Shown piece by piece: positions 13,869 to 22,297 of a DNA stretch of 46,273 bases; position 1 is the stretch's first letter; every line of letters begins with the position of its first letter. The DNA lies in IMG/VR virus record IMGVR_UViG_3300005825_000078, positions 1 to 46,273 of that record. One strand, 5' to 3'. Below the pieces are notes generated by a model, which worked only from the letters and a program-made list of their open reading frames with translations, ran no database searches and was not told where the DNA came from. The translations under genes were made by a program, and so were the position numbers. The stretch is from a virus.

Positions 13869-14856
13869 CGAGAAGGACGGCGACGGGGACGATCTTGGTG
13901 GTGGTGGGGAAACTGGTGAAGAAGCCGGGTTTCAAGACGCGAGTGCGGAGAATCTTTCGGACCTGTTGGGAGAAGGTTGGCAAGAGCCGACAGCCCCAGC
14001 GGCGCGTAAAGAAGGCATCGCGATTGGCAGTGACCCAACGCCTTCTGCACCCCCTGCGTCGGTAACGCCGCCCGCGAAGCCGCCCGTCGAGCCGCAGACG
14101 CCGCCCGCGCAACAACCGACCGAACCACAGGCTCAGCCCCCCGTTGATCCGCAAGCCCAACCGCAGGCGCAACAACCTGTTCAGCCCGCGCAACCTCCTG
14201 TCGAGCCGGTACAGCCTCCGGCCGCCCCAGAGCCTGCACAACCCCCGGCACCGCAACAGACGCCGGAGGAAATTGTCGCAGCTCAACAGGCGAATAGGCA
14301 GAAGTTCGTGGAGCAGCTTACGCAGGCCTACGCAATTCCAGAAGACGCCATTGAAGAACTGCGTGACAGTCCGGAAGTTGCTATGCCCAAACTAGCAGCG
14401 AAACTCCATGCGGATATTTTCGACTCGCTATTTCATGGGTTAACACAGCAGCTTCCGCAGCTCGTCGACGCGTTAATCACCGGTCGTACAACTCGGAATG
14501 CCGAAGAAGAGCGTTTCTTTAGTAAGTGGTCGAAGTTAGGAACCCCAGAGCTGAGACCGAAGGCTTTGGAAAAGGTACGACAGTATCGACAGCTGAATCC
14601 AACAATGCCGCTTGAGCAGTTTCAGCATGAGGCTGGAATGTGGGCTCATATGGCGTTGCAGATTCCACTGGAAGTGCCGTCGACGCCGGGGAACGGAAGT
14701 GGGCAGCCAGTACCGGCTGCACCAGTACCGCAACAACAGCCTCGTCAACAGCCTTTCCAACCTGCCGGTGCTTCGTCAGCCGCTGGTGGAGTTCCTCTTG
14801 CGCCACAAAAGAACTCTTGGGATGCTTGGGTCGACGAGATGGCCCAAGATAAGTAA
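13837..14856 (+). CDS. Scaffolding protein candidate with a long P/Q-rich linker (339 aa)
   Basis: GGAGG lies 6 nt upstream of the GTG at 13837. The gene sits between portal and capsid, has an acidic N-terminus and a helical C-terminal half. Confidence 0.6.
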   Translation: MKLKTMNRLLDEKDGDGDDLGGGGETGEEAGFQDASAENLSDLLGEGWQEPTAPAARKEGIAIGSDPTPSAPPASVTPPAKPPVEPQTPPAQQPTEPQAQPPVDPQAQPQAQQPVQPAQPPVEPVQPPAAPEPAQPPAPQQTPEEIVAAQQANRQKFVEQLTQAYAIPEDAIEELRDSPEVAMPKLAAKLHADIFDSLFHGLTQQLPQLVDALITGRTTRNAEEERFFSKWSKLGTPELRPKALEKVRQYRQLNPTMPLEQFQHEAGMWAHMALQIPLEVPSTPGNGSGQPVPAAPVPQQQPRQQPFQPAGASSAAGGVPLAPQKNSWDAWVDEMAQDK

Positions 14857-14868
14857 AAGGAACGCAAA

Positions 14869-16119
14869 ATGACGGCAGTTGCAGGCCTGAGAGGTACGGG
14901 TACCTCCGATTGGGCCACCGACGAACGACCGAAGAACTTCCGGGAAATGATCCTGTGGAGAGACCCGAACGGTCAAACCCCTTTAACAGCCCTAATGGGC
15001 AAAATGCGGGACGAGAGTGTCGACGATCCGGAGTTCAGCTGGTACGAAGAAGAGCAGAAGCCCGCTCGGATTCAAGCTGGCGCCGCGGCGACGACGGGGC
15101 AAACTTCGCTGACGGTGTATACCGGTACGGACGCAGACGCGACCGCGCTGGACCTCGTCGCTGGCGATGTGTTGCTCGTGGAGAAGTTGGAAGTTGCTGG
15201 AGCAACGTTCCCGTTCGAGCTGGTGGAGGTCTCCTCCGACCCGAGCGTAAGCACGACTCTGGCAATTTCACGAGGTGCTGCGAACACGGGAGCGAACACG
15301 GCGACGATTGCGAGCGGGACGTACCTGCTTAAGATCGGAAGTGCGTTCGAAGAAGGTTCGAGCTCTCCGGAAGCCACGAGCCGCAAGCCCACGAAGATCT
15401 ACAACTACACGCAGATCTTCAAGCATACGTATCGGCTGACGAACACCGCGAAAGAAACCCGGTTCCGTACCGGCGATCCGACGCGGAACGACAAGAAACG
15501 CAAGATGTTTGACCATGCAGTTGCGATGGAGCTTGCGTTCCTGTTCGGTACGCCGTACGAGACGACGGGCAGTGGGAACAAGCCGAAGCGGTACACTGGT
15601 GGCTTGTACCACTATCTGGCGACGAACTATGTCGCTACCACGAAGGAGACGATCAAGATTTGGACGACCACGGCGGTAACAGAGGAAGACATCCTCGATG
15701 CCGTACATCCGGTCTTCGACTTCGGGTATACCGGTGCAGGAAACGAGCGTATCGCTCTGTGCGGAAATGGATTCGCCAACTATCTGAACAAGATTGTAAT
15801 GGCGGATTCGGCGACGCAGTTGTCGTACAACGGAACGATCACGCAGTTCGGGATGAAGTTGACGACGTGGATGGTGCCGCAAGGTACGATCTATATCAAA
15901 ACCCATCCGCTGATGAACACCAATTCGCGCTTCAAGAACGGGTGTTTCATCATCAACCCGGCGGCCATCACGTATCGGCCCATCAGAAATCGCGACACGA
16001 AGTTCAAGGACAACGTGCAAGCGAACGACGATGACGAGACGAAGGGGCTCTGGATTTCGGAGTGTGGAGCAGAGTTCCACCACCTCCGGAGCATGAAGTA
16101 CCTGGCAATTCAGGTGTAA
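14869..16119 (+). CDS. Major capsid protein (416 aa)
   Basis: AAGGAA RBS. Position follows the scaffold gene. The N-terminal region DERPKNFREMILWRDPNGQTPLTALMGKM...DDPEFSW resembles podovirus HK97-fold capsid proteins, from memory. Confidence 0.8.
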   Translation: MTAVAGLRGTGTSDWATDERPKNFREMILWRDPNGQTPLTALMGKMRDESVDDPEFSWYEEEQKPARIQAGAAATTGQTSLTVYTGTDADATALDLVAGDVLLVEKLEVAGATFPFELVEVSSDPSVSTTLAISRGAANTGANTATIASGTYLLKIGSAFEEGSSSPEATSRKPTKIYNYTQIFKHTYRLTNTAKETRFRTGDPTRNDKKRKMFDHAVAMELAFLFGTPYETTGSGNKPKRYTGGLYHYLATNYVATTKETIKIWTTTAVTEEDILDAVHPVFDFGYTGAGNERIALCGNGFANYLNKIVMADSATQLSYNGTITQFGMKLTTWMVPQGTIYIKTHPLMNTNSRFKNGCFIINPAAITYRPIRNRDTKFKDNVQANDDDETKGLWISECGAEFHHLRSMKYLAIQV

Positions 16120-16129
16120 GGAAAGTAGC

Positions 16130-16690
16130 GTGGCGCATCCGCAACAGAAAGCATTTTGCGAGAGGGTGCGCCACGCCCTTTCTGAGTGGTTCGTGAATTC
16201 GAAAGTGGTCGACTTCGGGTCGTTGGATATTAACGGTTCGAATGGGTACTTGTTTAAAGAGTGCGATTACACTGGTGTGGATCTCGACATTGGGCGGAAC
16301 GTGGACGAGGTGATGCCCACACATGAGTACAAGCCCGACGCGCCAGTGGATGTGGTGATTAGCACGGAAATGCTGGAACACGATGAACACTGGGAACTCT
16401 CGTTGAAGAACATGGTTGACATACTGCGGCCCGGCGGGTTGCTTCTTTTCACGTGCGCGACGACCGGGAGACCGGAGCACGGAACGAAGAAAAGCAGTCC
16501 CGACGATAGCCCGTTTACGCCGGAGTACTACCGGAACTTAACGAAGGAAGATGTAATGTCTGTCCTTGACGTAGATGCGTTGTTCAGCGATTACGTGTTT
16601 GAAGTAGACGGCAGTTCGTGCGATTTATACTTCTGGGGGTTGAAGCGTGGTCTGGTTTTGTCCGACACTAGGCAGGCCGAAGCGGCTTAA
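16130..16690 (+). CDS. Class I SAM-dependent methyltransferase (186 aa)
   Basis: Motifs are VVDFGS (I), YTGVDLD (post-I acidic), VDVVISTEMLEH (II) and LRPGGLLLF (III). AAGGAAA RBS. Confidence 0.7.
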   Translation: MAHPQQKAFCERVRHALSEWFVNSKVVDFGSLDINGSNGYLFKECDYTGVDLDIGRNVDEVMPTHEYKPDAPVDVVISTEMLEHDEHWELSLKNMVDILRPGGLLLFTCATTGRPEHGTKKSSPDDSPFTPEYYRNLTKEDVMSVLDVDALFSDYVFEVDGSSCDLYFWGLKRGLVLSDTRQAEAA

Positions 16691-17402
16691 ACAGCTTGCG
16701 AAGTCGTGGGAACGGTGTGAACCGAACACGCCGCTGCATGTGCGGCTGTACGTCCACGACACGCGCATGGCGGATTACAAGGCTATGCGTTGGCCGAAGA
16801 ATTGGTTCTTCTACACGAGTGACAAACTGCGCTGCGGTCCGGCGTTGAATGAGTTTTACCACGATAAGAATCCCACGGCCGATTCCTACGGTTTCATCGC
16901 GGATGATATTGTGTTGCGGACGAAGGGTGGGCTGGGGCACCTTGAGGCGTTAGCCGAGCCTTATTTCATTGCGTATCCGAACGATACGCTCCAACGCGAG
17001 AAGCTTTGTACGCACTTCTGTATCGGGGGCGCGCTCGTGCGTGAGCTGGGCTGGTTCTCGCTGCCGGGACTGCAGCAGTCGATTGACATGCCTTGGATGT
17101 ATATAGGCATGCATACTAGTCTGCTGCGTTATGCTCCGAATGTCGTTTTCCAGCATAAGCACTTTTTAAACGACGGCGCGCCGAAAGATGCGACGTATTC
17201 GATGGTGTATGCTGGAAATTCCACTACGCCAACTGCGGATTTCATTCAGCAAGACACGCGGTTCCTCGAGAAGTACATGGAGAAGCAAATTTTCGAAGAT
17301 GTTGTGAAAATCAAGAAGATGCTCTTTGTGGATACGGAGGATCCTCAGGAGTGGGATGAGCAAGACGCAGCGGACCGCATAATCGTGATGGAGAAAGCGT
17401 GA
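16647..17402 (+). CDS. Glycosyltransferase-like protein (251 aa)
   Basis: It has an N-terminal CPTLGRP beta-strand/loop and an FIADD acidic motif. The start is GTG, immediately after an in-frame stop. The assignment is by pattern only. Confidence 0.5.
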   Translation: MVWFCPTLGRPKRLKQLAKSWERCEPNTPLHVRLYVHDTRMADYKAMRWPKNWFFYTSDKLRCGPALNEFYHDKNPTADSYGFIADDIVLRTKGGLGHLEALAEPYFIAYPNDTLQREKLCTHFCIGGALVRELGWFSLPGLQQSIDMPWMYIGMHTSLLRYAPNVVFQHKHFLNDGAPKDATYSMVYAGNSTTPTADFIQQDTRFLEKYMEKQIFEDVVKIKKMLFVDTEDPQEWDEQDAADRIIVMEKA

Positions 17403-17689
17403 TGGCGAAGAAATCGAAGATGAATGCGAGTGTTGGCGCAGCGGCGGCGTTGCCGGACGCGAAGCCGCGGTTGTGGGTCGACGTCGAGAAGGGAGATATG
17501 GACATTTTGAACGACATGACGGTTGGAAAGACCGTCGTCGTGGCTGTGAAGGGAAAGGTCGTTGCCGTCGCGAAGCGAGAGAATGAGTACGAGGGCGAAG
17601 GCAAAACGGTCAAGGGCGAGTTCCAGCTCGAGAACTACGAAGTGGAACTCATGACGATGAACGATTTCGAAGCGCTGTCGGACGACTAA
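17402..17689 (+). CDS. Hypothetical protein (95 aa, MAKKSKMNAS...)
   Basis: ORF 17399..17689. The ATG at 17402 overlaps the upstream stop (TGATG). GGAGAAA RBS. Confidence 0.65.
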   Translation: MAKKSKMNASVGAAAALPDAKPRLWVDVEKGDMDILNDMTVGKTVVVAVKGKVVAVAKRENEYEGEGKTVKGEFQLENYEVELMTMNDFEALSDD

Positions 17690-17904
17690 TGGGCGTGTAC
17701 TTCGTAGCCGTGACGAATCCCTTCTTCAAGAAAGGGGAGTTTTTGCTCGATAGCGACGACGGTTTCGTGCAACGGACGGTTATGACGAACGAAGGGCCGA
17801 GTGGGTATCAGGGTATTATGGTGCCGTTGGTTACGATACGCCCGTTCGTGATTAAGGTACAAAAGCGTGGAATCGACTGGCGGAAGGGTGGGGCGTTAGG
17901 ATGA
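17689..17904 (+). CDS. Hypothetical protein (71 aa)
   Basis: ORF track. It has a TAATG overlap with the upstream stop. Confidence 0.6.
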   Translation: MGVYFVAVTNPFFKKGEFLLDSDDGFVQRTVMTNEGPSGYQGIMVPLVTIRPFVIKVQKRGIDWRKGGALG

Positions 17905-17913
17905 GAAACGACC

Positions 17914-17938
17914 CTGGAATTCAGCTTCAGAATTCAGC
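17914..17938. repeat. Direct repeat of the GAATTCAG half-site (CTGGAATTCAG-CTTCA-GAATTCAGC)
   Basis: Read directly. It lies in the intergenic spacer before the GT2 gene. The half-site matches the palindromes at 5997 and 8317. Confidence 0.8.
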
Positions 17939-17947
17939 GGGATTATA

Positions 17948-18613
17948 ATGCGCAACAAATATCTCCACGTCGTTGCAATCGTCCCGAGCATGGGGTTTTG
18001 GCGTGCGGAAACTGCCGTGTCGACCGCGATCATGTTTGGCTACTTCGGCGCGAAGAAGGTCGTGGGCGCGGAGACGCAGAAGCTGAGCATCATGTCGCCG
18101 CAGGGGAGTGTCATTGCGGCGCTGCGGCACAGTGCGACGAAGGCAGTGATGCAGAATCCAACGGCGACGCATTTGCTGTTCGTCGATTCAGACATGGATT
18201 TTCCGCGAACGGCTTTGCATCGGCTGTTGGCGTGGGATAAGGACATCGTAGCGGCGAACTGCACGACGCGGAAGCATCCAGTTGAGCAGACGGCGCATGA
18301 TTTCAACCACGATAAGATTGATTCACGCGATAAGGACGGTATTGTAGCAGTGCGGCAAGTTGGTTTGGCTATTGCGCTAATTCGGACGGAAGTGATTAAA
18401 AAACTGCGTCCCCCGCTTTACTTGAACGACTGGATTCCGGCAATTTCGGATTACTGCGGGGAAGACGTTTATTTCTGTCAAGTGGCGCAAGCCGCAGGGT
18501 TCGAAGTGTTCATCGATCATGAGCTGTCGGTCGAGATTGGACACGTGGGGTCGTACATCTACGGCCACAAAGATATCCCTGTGACAACCAACGAGCCGAG
18601 TGATGCAGCGTGA
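17948..18613 (+). CDS. Family 2-like glycosyltransferase (221 aa)
   Basis: It has the N-terminal strand VVAIVPS, a DxD motif (LLFVDSDMDF) and a GEDVYFCQ motif, all typical of the GT-A fold. Confidence 0.7.
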   Translation: MRNKYLHVVAIVPSMGFWRAETAVSTAIMFGYFGAKKVVGAETQKLSIMSPQGSVIAALRHSATKAVMQNPTATHLLFVDSDMDFPRTALHRLLAWDKDIVAANCTTRKHPVEQTAHDFNHDKIDSRDKDGIVAVRQVGLAIALIRTEVIKKLRPPLYLNDWIPAISDYCGEDVYFCQVAQAAGFEVFIDHELSVEIGHVGSYIYGHKDIPVTTNEPSDAA

Positions 18614-19286
18614 TACGGCGGTAAACCAACTTCTCGACCAGTGCGGGCAGCGGCGAAGTGATACGACGCTGCAACAAGCGGCGATCGATCAGTTCGTGAA
18701 TGAGCAGAACGAAGCCGAGCGCGGGCCGTTACTTCCCTGGTTTTTAATTCAGCTGTATGAAAATGCTAGCTTCGTGACCGTTGCTGGGCAGAACTACGTC
18801 GCGACGCCGACCGGGTTCCTGCGTGAGATGGACGACGACCATGCGGATATCGGGTGTTTGTGGTATTACAACGCTGCGGTGTCCGACCCGTGGGTGCCGG
18901 TTTATAAAGAGGATATGTCGATTAATAAGCGTAAATGGGGCGGCGACGATCAAGGCTACCCCCGGCGCTACAGTGTGGTCGGCGGGAACATTTATTTGTA
19001 TCCTACGCCTGCGAACGTGTTGTCGTTGAGGCTATTGGCGTACTTTGCCGATACGTCTCTCACGGGCGCGTATGGAGGCGCGGGAAGTACGACGGAGAAT
19101 CTTTGGTTAACCGAAGCGCCGAAGTTGCTAATCGCACGGGCAGGGAAGGTTGTCGCTCGAGCGTACGCGAAAGATGAAGCGTCGGAAAGGACGTTTAAAG
19201 AGGCAGAGGGTGAGGCTTGGGCCACGCTGCTGACACACGACACTGCTCGTAAAGAGGCTGGAATAATGCGGGCGATGGGGGTGTGA
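18603..19286 (+). CDS. Virion structural protein (possible head-tail adaptor / tail tubular A-like), 227 aa
   Basis: ORF 18600..19286, using the ATG at 18603. The call rests on position after the head module and on size. No motif proof. Confidence 0.5.
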   Translation: MQRDTAVNQLLDQCGQRRSDTTLQQAAIDQFVNEQNEAERGPLLPWFLIQLYENASFVTVAGQNYVATPTGFLREMDDDHADIGCLWYYNAAVSDPWVPVYKEDMSINKRKWGGDDQGYPRRYSVVGGNIYLYPTPANVLSLRLLAYFADTSLTGAYGGAGSTTENLWLTEAPKLLIARAGKVVARAYAKDEASERTFKEAEGEAWATLLTHDTARKEAGIMRAMGV

Positions 19287-19287
19287 A

Positions 19288-19584
19288 GTGGAAGATAAGG
19301 AGAACGGAGTGGAGATTACAGGTCCTGCGGGGTTTAAGTTGCGTACGCACGGGCCGTGGGTTTACGTTACGCTGATTGTGCTGCTGGCGTTCGGTTTTGT
19401 TGGTTTTTTAGTTTGGCAGCACGACAATGCTCGAAACCTGATGGAGCAGCGACTGTTGTCAAACCAAAAAGACATGGTAGAAGCGCAAGAGGCGACGACT
19501 TATGTGCTTACGCTACCGCAAGAGGAGAGGGATAAGCTGAAACTGCGTATGCCGCAGAGGTTGAGGGATAGGGTGCAGCGATGA
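19288..19584 (+). CDS. Membrane protein (98 aa, one TM)
   Basis: ORF track (GTG start). The TM segment is WVYVTLIVLLAFGFVGFLVW. Confidence 0.6.
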   Translation: MEDKENGVEITGPAGFKLRTHGPWVYVTLIVLLAFGFVGFLVWQHDNARNLMEQRLLSNQKDMVEAQEATTYVLTLPQEERDKLKLRMPQRLRDRVQR

Positions 19585-19871
19585 ACCTTCCTACGCTTGT
19601 TACTGTAGCGAGTCTTGTGACGACTCTTGGCGGTGCGGGCTGGTATGCGCGTGAAAAGCTTGCGACGAAAGACGACGTCGGAGAGGTGAAAGAGCTCGTG
19701 ATGATCGCCGACTCGAAGGGAAGTATCGCTCTTGATCGGCAGATGGAGGCGTTGATTAAGGCGATAAATCGGCTGGAGGAAAAACCGAATAAGACGGCGG
19801 AAGATTTAGCACAGCTACGCTATTGGCGGGAGCAGTTGAAGGATCTGCGGAAAGCGAGGGCAGGGAAGTGA
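19581..19871 (+). CDS. Membrane-anchored coiled-coil protein (96 aa)
   Basis: ATGA overlap with the upstream stop. It has an N-terminal TM segment (LPTLVTVASLVTTLGGAGWY). Confidence 0.6.
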   Translation: MNLPTLVTVASLVTTLGGAGWYAREKLATKDDVGEVKELVMIADSKGSIALDRQMEALIKAINRLEEKPNKTAEDLAQLRYWREQLKDLRKARAGK

Positions 19872-20080
19872 ATCCCTTTACAGAAGCAAAAGACGGTAAG
19901 TGGTCCTCGTCGCGCTTGTTGGGCGCGGGCATCGTTGTGGCGGTTGTTATTGTGCTCCTTTGGGCAACGGCGGAAGGCGAGTGGGAGACAGCACGGACGC
20001 TGAGTTTGGAACTGCTTCTACTCGCTGGCGCGTTGTACGGAATTAACCGATTTTCTCAACCTAAGCAGGAGGTGACGTGA
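19868..20080 (+). CDS. Holin candidate (70 aa, two TM segments)
   Basis: The GTG at 19868 forms a GTGA overlap with the upstream stop. It has two hydrophobic helices and lies immediately upstream of the endolysin. Confidence 0.5.
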   Translation: MNPFTEAKDGKWSSSRLLGAGIVVAVVIVLLWATAEGEWETARTLSLELLLLAGALYGINRFSQPKQEVT

Positions 20081-20541
20081 ACTTCGACGACGCGTTTGAA
20101 CAGCTAATCGGGCATGAGGGAGGGTATGTGAACCACCCCAACGACCCGGGCGGCGAGACGAAGTATGGTATCAGCAAACGGAGCTATCCGGATGTTGATA
20201 TTAAAAACCTTACGCTGGCCGAAGCGAAGCTGCTCGCTAAGCGTGATTATTGGGACGCCGTGAATGCAGACGCGATGCCGGCAATGCTGAGGTTTGATTT
20301 GTTCGATACGGCATACAACTCCGGCCCGGGTACGGCGAAGCGTTTATTGCAACGGGCGGTCGGCGTTGCGGAGGACGGCGCGGTTGGGCCGCTGACGATG
20401 AAAGCGGTGAAAGCGTTGCACCCCTGGGAGCTGCGCGCGAAGTTTAACGCGTGTAGGCTGTACTTTTTCACAACCCTGTCGACCTGGCCGACGTTCGGAA
20501 AAGGCTGGGCGCGACGGATTTCGGGCAATTTAGTCCTTTAG
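20077..20541 (+). CDS. Endolysin, glycoside hydrolase family 108 with a PG_binding_3-like C-terminus (154 aa)
   Basis: It carries the HEGGYVNHPNDPGGETKYGI signature. AGGAGG RBS. GTGA overlap with the upstream gene. Confidence 0.85.
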   Translation: MNFDDAFEQLIGHEGGYVNHPNDPGGETKYGISKRSYPDVDIKNLTLAEAKLLAKRDYWDAVNADAMPAMLRFDLFDTAYNSGPGTAKRLLQRAVGVAEDGAVGPLTMKAVKALHPWELRAKFNACRLYFFTTLSTWPTFGKGWARRISGNLVL

Positions 20542-20549
20542 GAGGTGGT

Positions 20550-20846
20550 ATGGAACCGCAAGTGTATCAAGTCGCAATTGACTCGCAGATGCTAGGTCTG
20601 CTAAAGGTAGCGTTCTGGGCAGCAAGCGTTGTAGTCGCTTGGTTCGCCGGACAGTGGTACAAGGCGCGGCGACTGAAGGGCATGAGCCGGGAGCAGATTC
20701 TACAGGATCTGGGCTTTCGTGTGAACGAAATCGCGGATCATCAACTCACGCGCGTGCAGGACGCAATTCCGGGCACAGCGGATGATGCGATTCTTAACGC
20801 GTTGAAGAAACTAATCGCCGACGCGACAAAAGCGCCGGGAAAGTAG
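20550..20846 (+). CDS. Membrane protein of the lysis cassette (98 aa)
   Basis: AGGAGG RBS. It has one TM segment (LLKVAFWAASVVVAWFAGQWY). Confidence 0.6.
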   Translation: MEPQVYQVAIDSQMLGLLKVAFWAASVVVAWFAGQWYKARRLKGMSREQILQDLGFRVNEIADHQLTRVQDAIPGTADDAILNALKKLIADATKAPGK

Positions 20847-20869
20847 GAAGCCGTGGTTTCGCTGAGCCA

Positions 20870-21352
20870 ATGCTTATCGCAGGTATTGCGATTCTCGTAC
20901 TCGCCGGGACGAGCTGGCTTTTCTACGACCGTTGGCAAGCGGCTGTGGAGCGGGAAGCTACGGTGCGAGGGCAGTATGCGGGCTTTCGGGACGACATTGA
21001 ACGGAAGGGCAATGAGGCGCGTATAGCGGCGGAGAAGAAAAATGTGGATAACTATGCAATTCTCACCAAGCAGATCCGCACCGTTAAGGCTCTTACTAAT
21101 AGGGCTGTCTACGCTGAGCGCCTCTTGCGCGAGCGGCCCCCTGTTCGTCCCGACGGCAGTACAGTGTCCAGTACCACCTGCGATTCGGGCGGAACTGCTA
21201 ACGCCGCTGGAGAATTTGTATCTCTTGTCGACTATCGAGCCCTCGAAGTCCGGGCCTACCGAGACACCGACAAGTGTAACGCCCTCCAAGAAACCGTGAA
21301 AGATTGGGCGGCGAAGGGCTTAGTGACGATCTCGGTTGAGGTGATAAAATGA
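20870..21352 (+). CDS. Inner-membrane spanin (Rz-like i-spanin), 160 aa
   Basis: It has an N-terminal TM segment and a coiled-coil periplasmic domain, and it contains an embedded lipoprotein ORF in the +1 frame. Confidence 0.7.
   Translation: MLIAGIAILVLAGTSWLFYDRWQAAVEREATVRGQYAGFRDDIERKGNEARIAAEKKNVDNYAILTKQIRTVKALTNRAVYAERLLRERPPVRPDGSTVSSTTCDSGGTANAAGEFVSLVDYRALEVRAYRDTDKCNALQETVKDWAAKGLVTISVEVIK
21042..21299 (+). CDS. Outer-membrane spanin (Rz1-like o-spanin lipoprotein), embedded
   Basis: It has a signal peptide with lipobox LSASC and a Pro-rich mature part. It lies entirely inside 20870..21352 in another frame. An alternative ATG is at 21054. Confidence 0.7.
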   Translation: MWITMQFSPSRSAPLRLLLIGLSTLSASCASGPLFVPTAVQCPVPPAIRAELLTPLENLYLLSTIEPSKSGPTETPTSVTPSKKP

Positions 21353-21996
21353 CGATCGAAGCAGCGACGTATATTGATACTCTGGACGATACGTATCCTG
21401 CGGGTACGGACGCCAAGAAGGAGGGGGATAATCATATACGGCTGTTGAAGACCGTATTACAAGCGACATTTCCGAATATTGACGGAGCAGTAACGGCAAC
21501 GCCGTCGAATTTGAATAAGGTGCAGTATTTGGCGAATGTAACGGCGGATTTGACGACGTCGCTGCATGCACCAGCGGGGACGAAGGCGATCTTTGCTCAA
21601 ACGGCGGCACCAACAGGGTGGACGAAAGACACGACGCATAACGATAAGGCGCTGAGAGTTGTAACAGGAACGGCGTCGAGCGGCGGATCGGTAGCGTTTA
21701 CGACGGCATTCGCGTCTAGCGGCGTGACGGATTCACATACGCTGACGACGGACGAAATTCCGGTTCACTCGCATGGAGTAACGGATCCGGGACACGTACA
21801 TACGAAGGCAGGTTCTTTCGCGATTCTGTCGATCGGAAATGCTTATTCGGTGCTATTCAATAGTGGTTCAACTTCGACGAATTCGAACACGACAGGAATT
21901 ACGATTAACAACGCTGGGGGTGGAAGCGGGCATACGCACACTCTCGGCACCTTAGAGGTGCAATATGTCGACGTCATCATCGCAACGAAAGACTGA
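21349..21996 (+). CDS. Tail fibre protein with a C-terminal tail-collar-like domain (215 aa)
   Basis: The N-terminal fibre signature is (YPAGTD...GDNHIRLLKTVLQATFPN). The C-terminal His-rich part (PVHSHGVTDPGHVHT...GGGSGHTHT) is like the phage tail collar domain. Confidence 0.7.
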   Translation: MTIEAATYIDTLDDTYPAGTDAKKEGDNHIRLLKTVLQATFPNIDGAVTATPSNLNKVQYLANVTADLTTSLHAPAGTKAIFAQTAAPTGWTKDTTHNDKALRVVTGTASSGGSVAFTTAFASSGVTDSHTLTTDEIPVHSHGVTDPGHVHTKAGSFAILSIGNAYSVLFNSGSTSTNSNTTGITINNAGGGSGHTHTLGTLEVQYVDVIIATKD

Positions 21997-21997
21997 A

Positions 21998-22297
21998 ATG
22001 CGTGACGGAGAGCTTTGCCCGTTGCTGAAGAAGGAATGCGCGCGGCATCAGTGTGCGTGGTTCCTACGCCTATCCGGCCTCGACCCGCAGTCGGGAGAGA
22101 CGCAGGATAAGTACATGTGCGCCATTGTGGCGCAGGTGATCGTGGTGCTCGAGGGGAACAAGGAAACGCGACAAGCCGCCGCGGCGGTCGAGTCGTTGAG
22201 AAACGTGCAGGCGAAGGCGGGCGAGCGTGTTGGTGAAGCGCTTGAGAATTTTAAACAGCCGCGGGCGGTGATTGGTCATGCGACTACCGATAGGTAA
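21998..22297 (+). CDS. Hypothetical protein (99 aa)
   Basis: This uses an internal ATG of ORF 21965..22297, placed 1 nt after the fibre stop. Confidence 0.55.
   Translation: MRDGELCPLLKKECARHQCAWFLRLSGLDPQSGETQDKYMCAIVAQVIVVLEGNKETRQAAAAVESLRNVQAKAGERVGEALENFKQPRAVIGHATTDR

Noticed and set aside
13210-14286. A 358-aa minus-strand ORF across the portal end and the scaffold gene.
   Set aside because: It is extremely Arg/Leu/Gly-rich (RRLRGL repeats). It mirrors the Pro/Gln codon repeats of the scaffold gene and lies inside the tightly coupled plus-strand operon.
15268-16083. A 271-aa minus-strand ORF inside the major capsid gene. Similar antisense ORFs lie at 33399..34136 and 23130..23948.
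   Set aside because: They are antisense to confidently assigned structural genes and are Arg-rich. They are expected by chance at this GC content.
17920-17949. A perfect TATAAT at 17944..17949 as a late internal promoter.
   Set aside because: The hexamer overlaps the ATG of the GT2 gene, so a transcript from it would lack the start codon. The best -35 (TTCAGC, 18-nt spacer) is poor. It is recorded only as part of the repeat-containing spacer.
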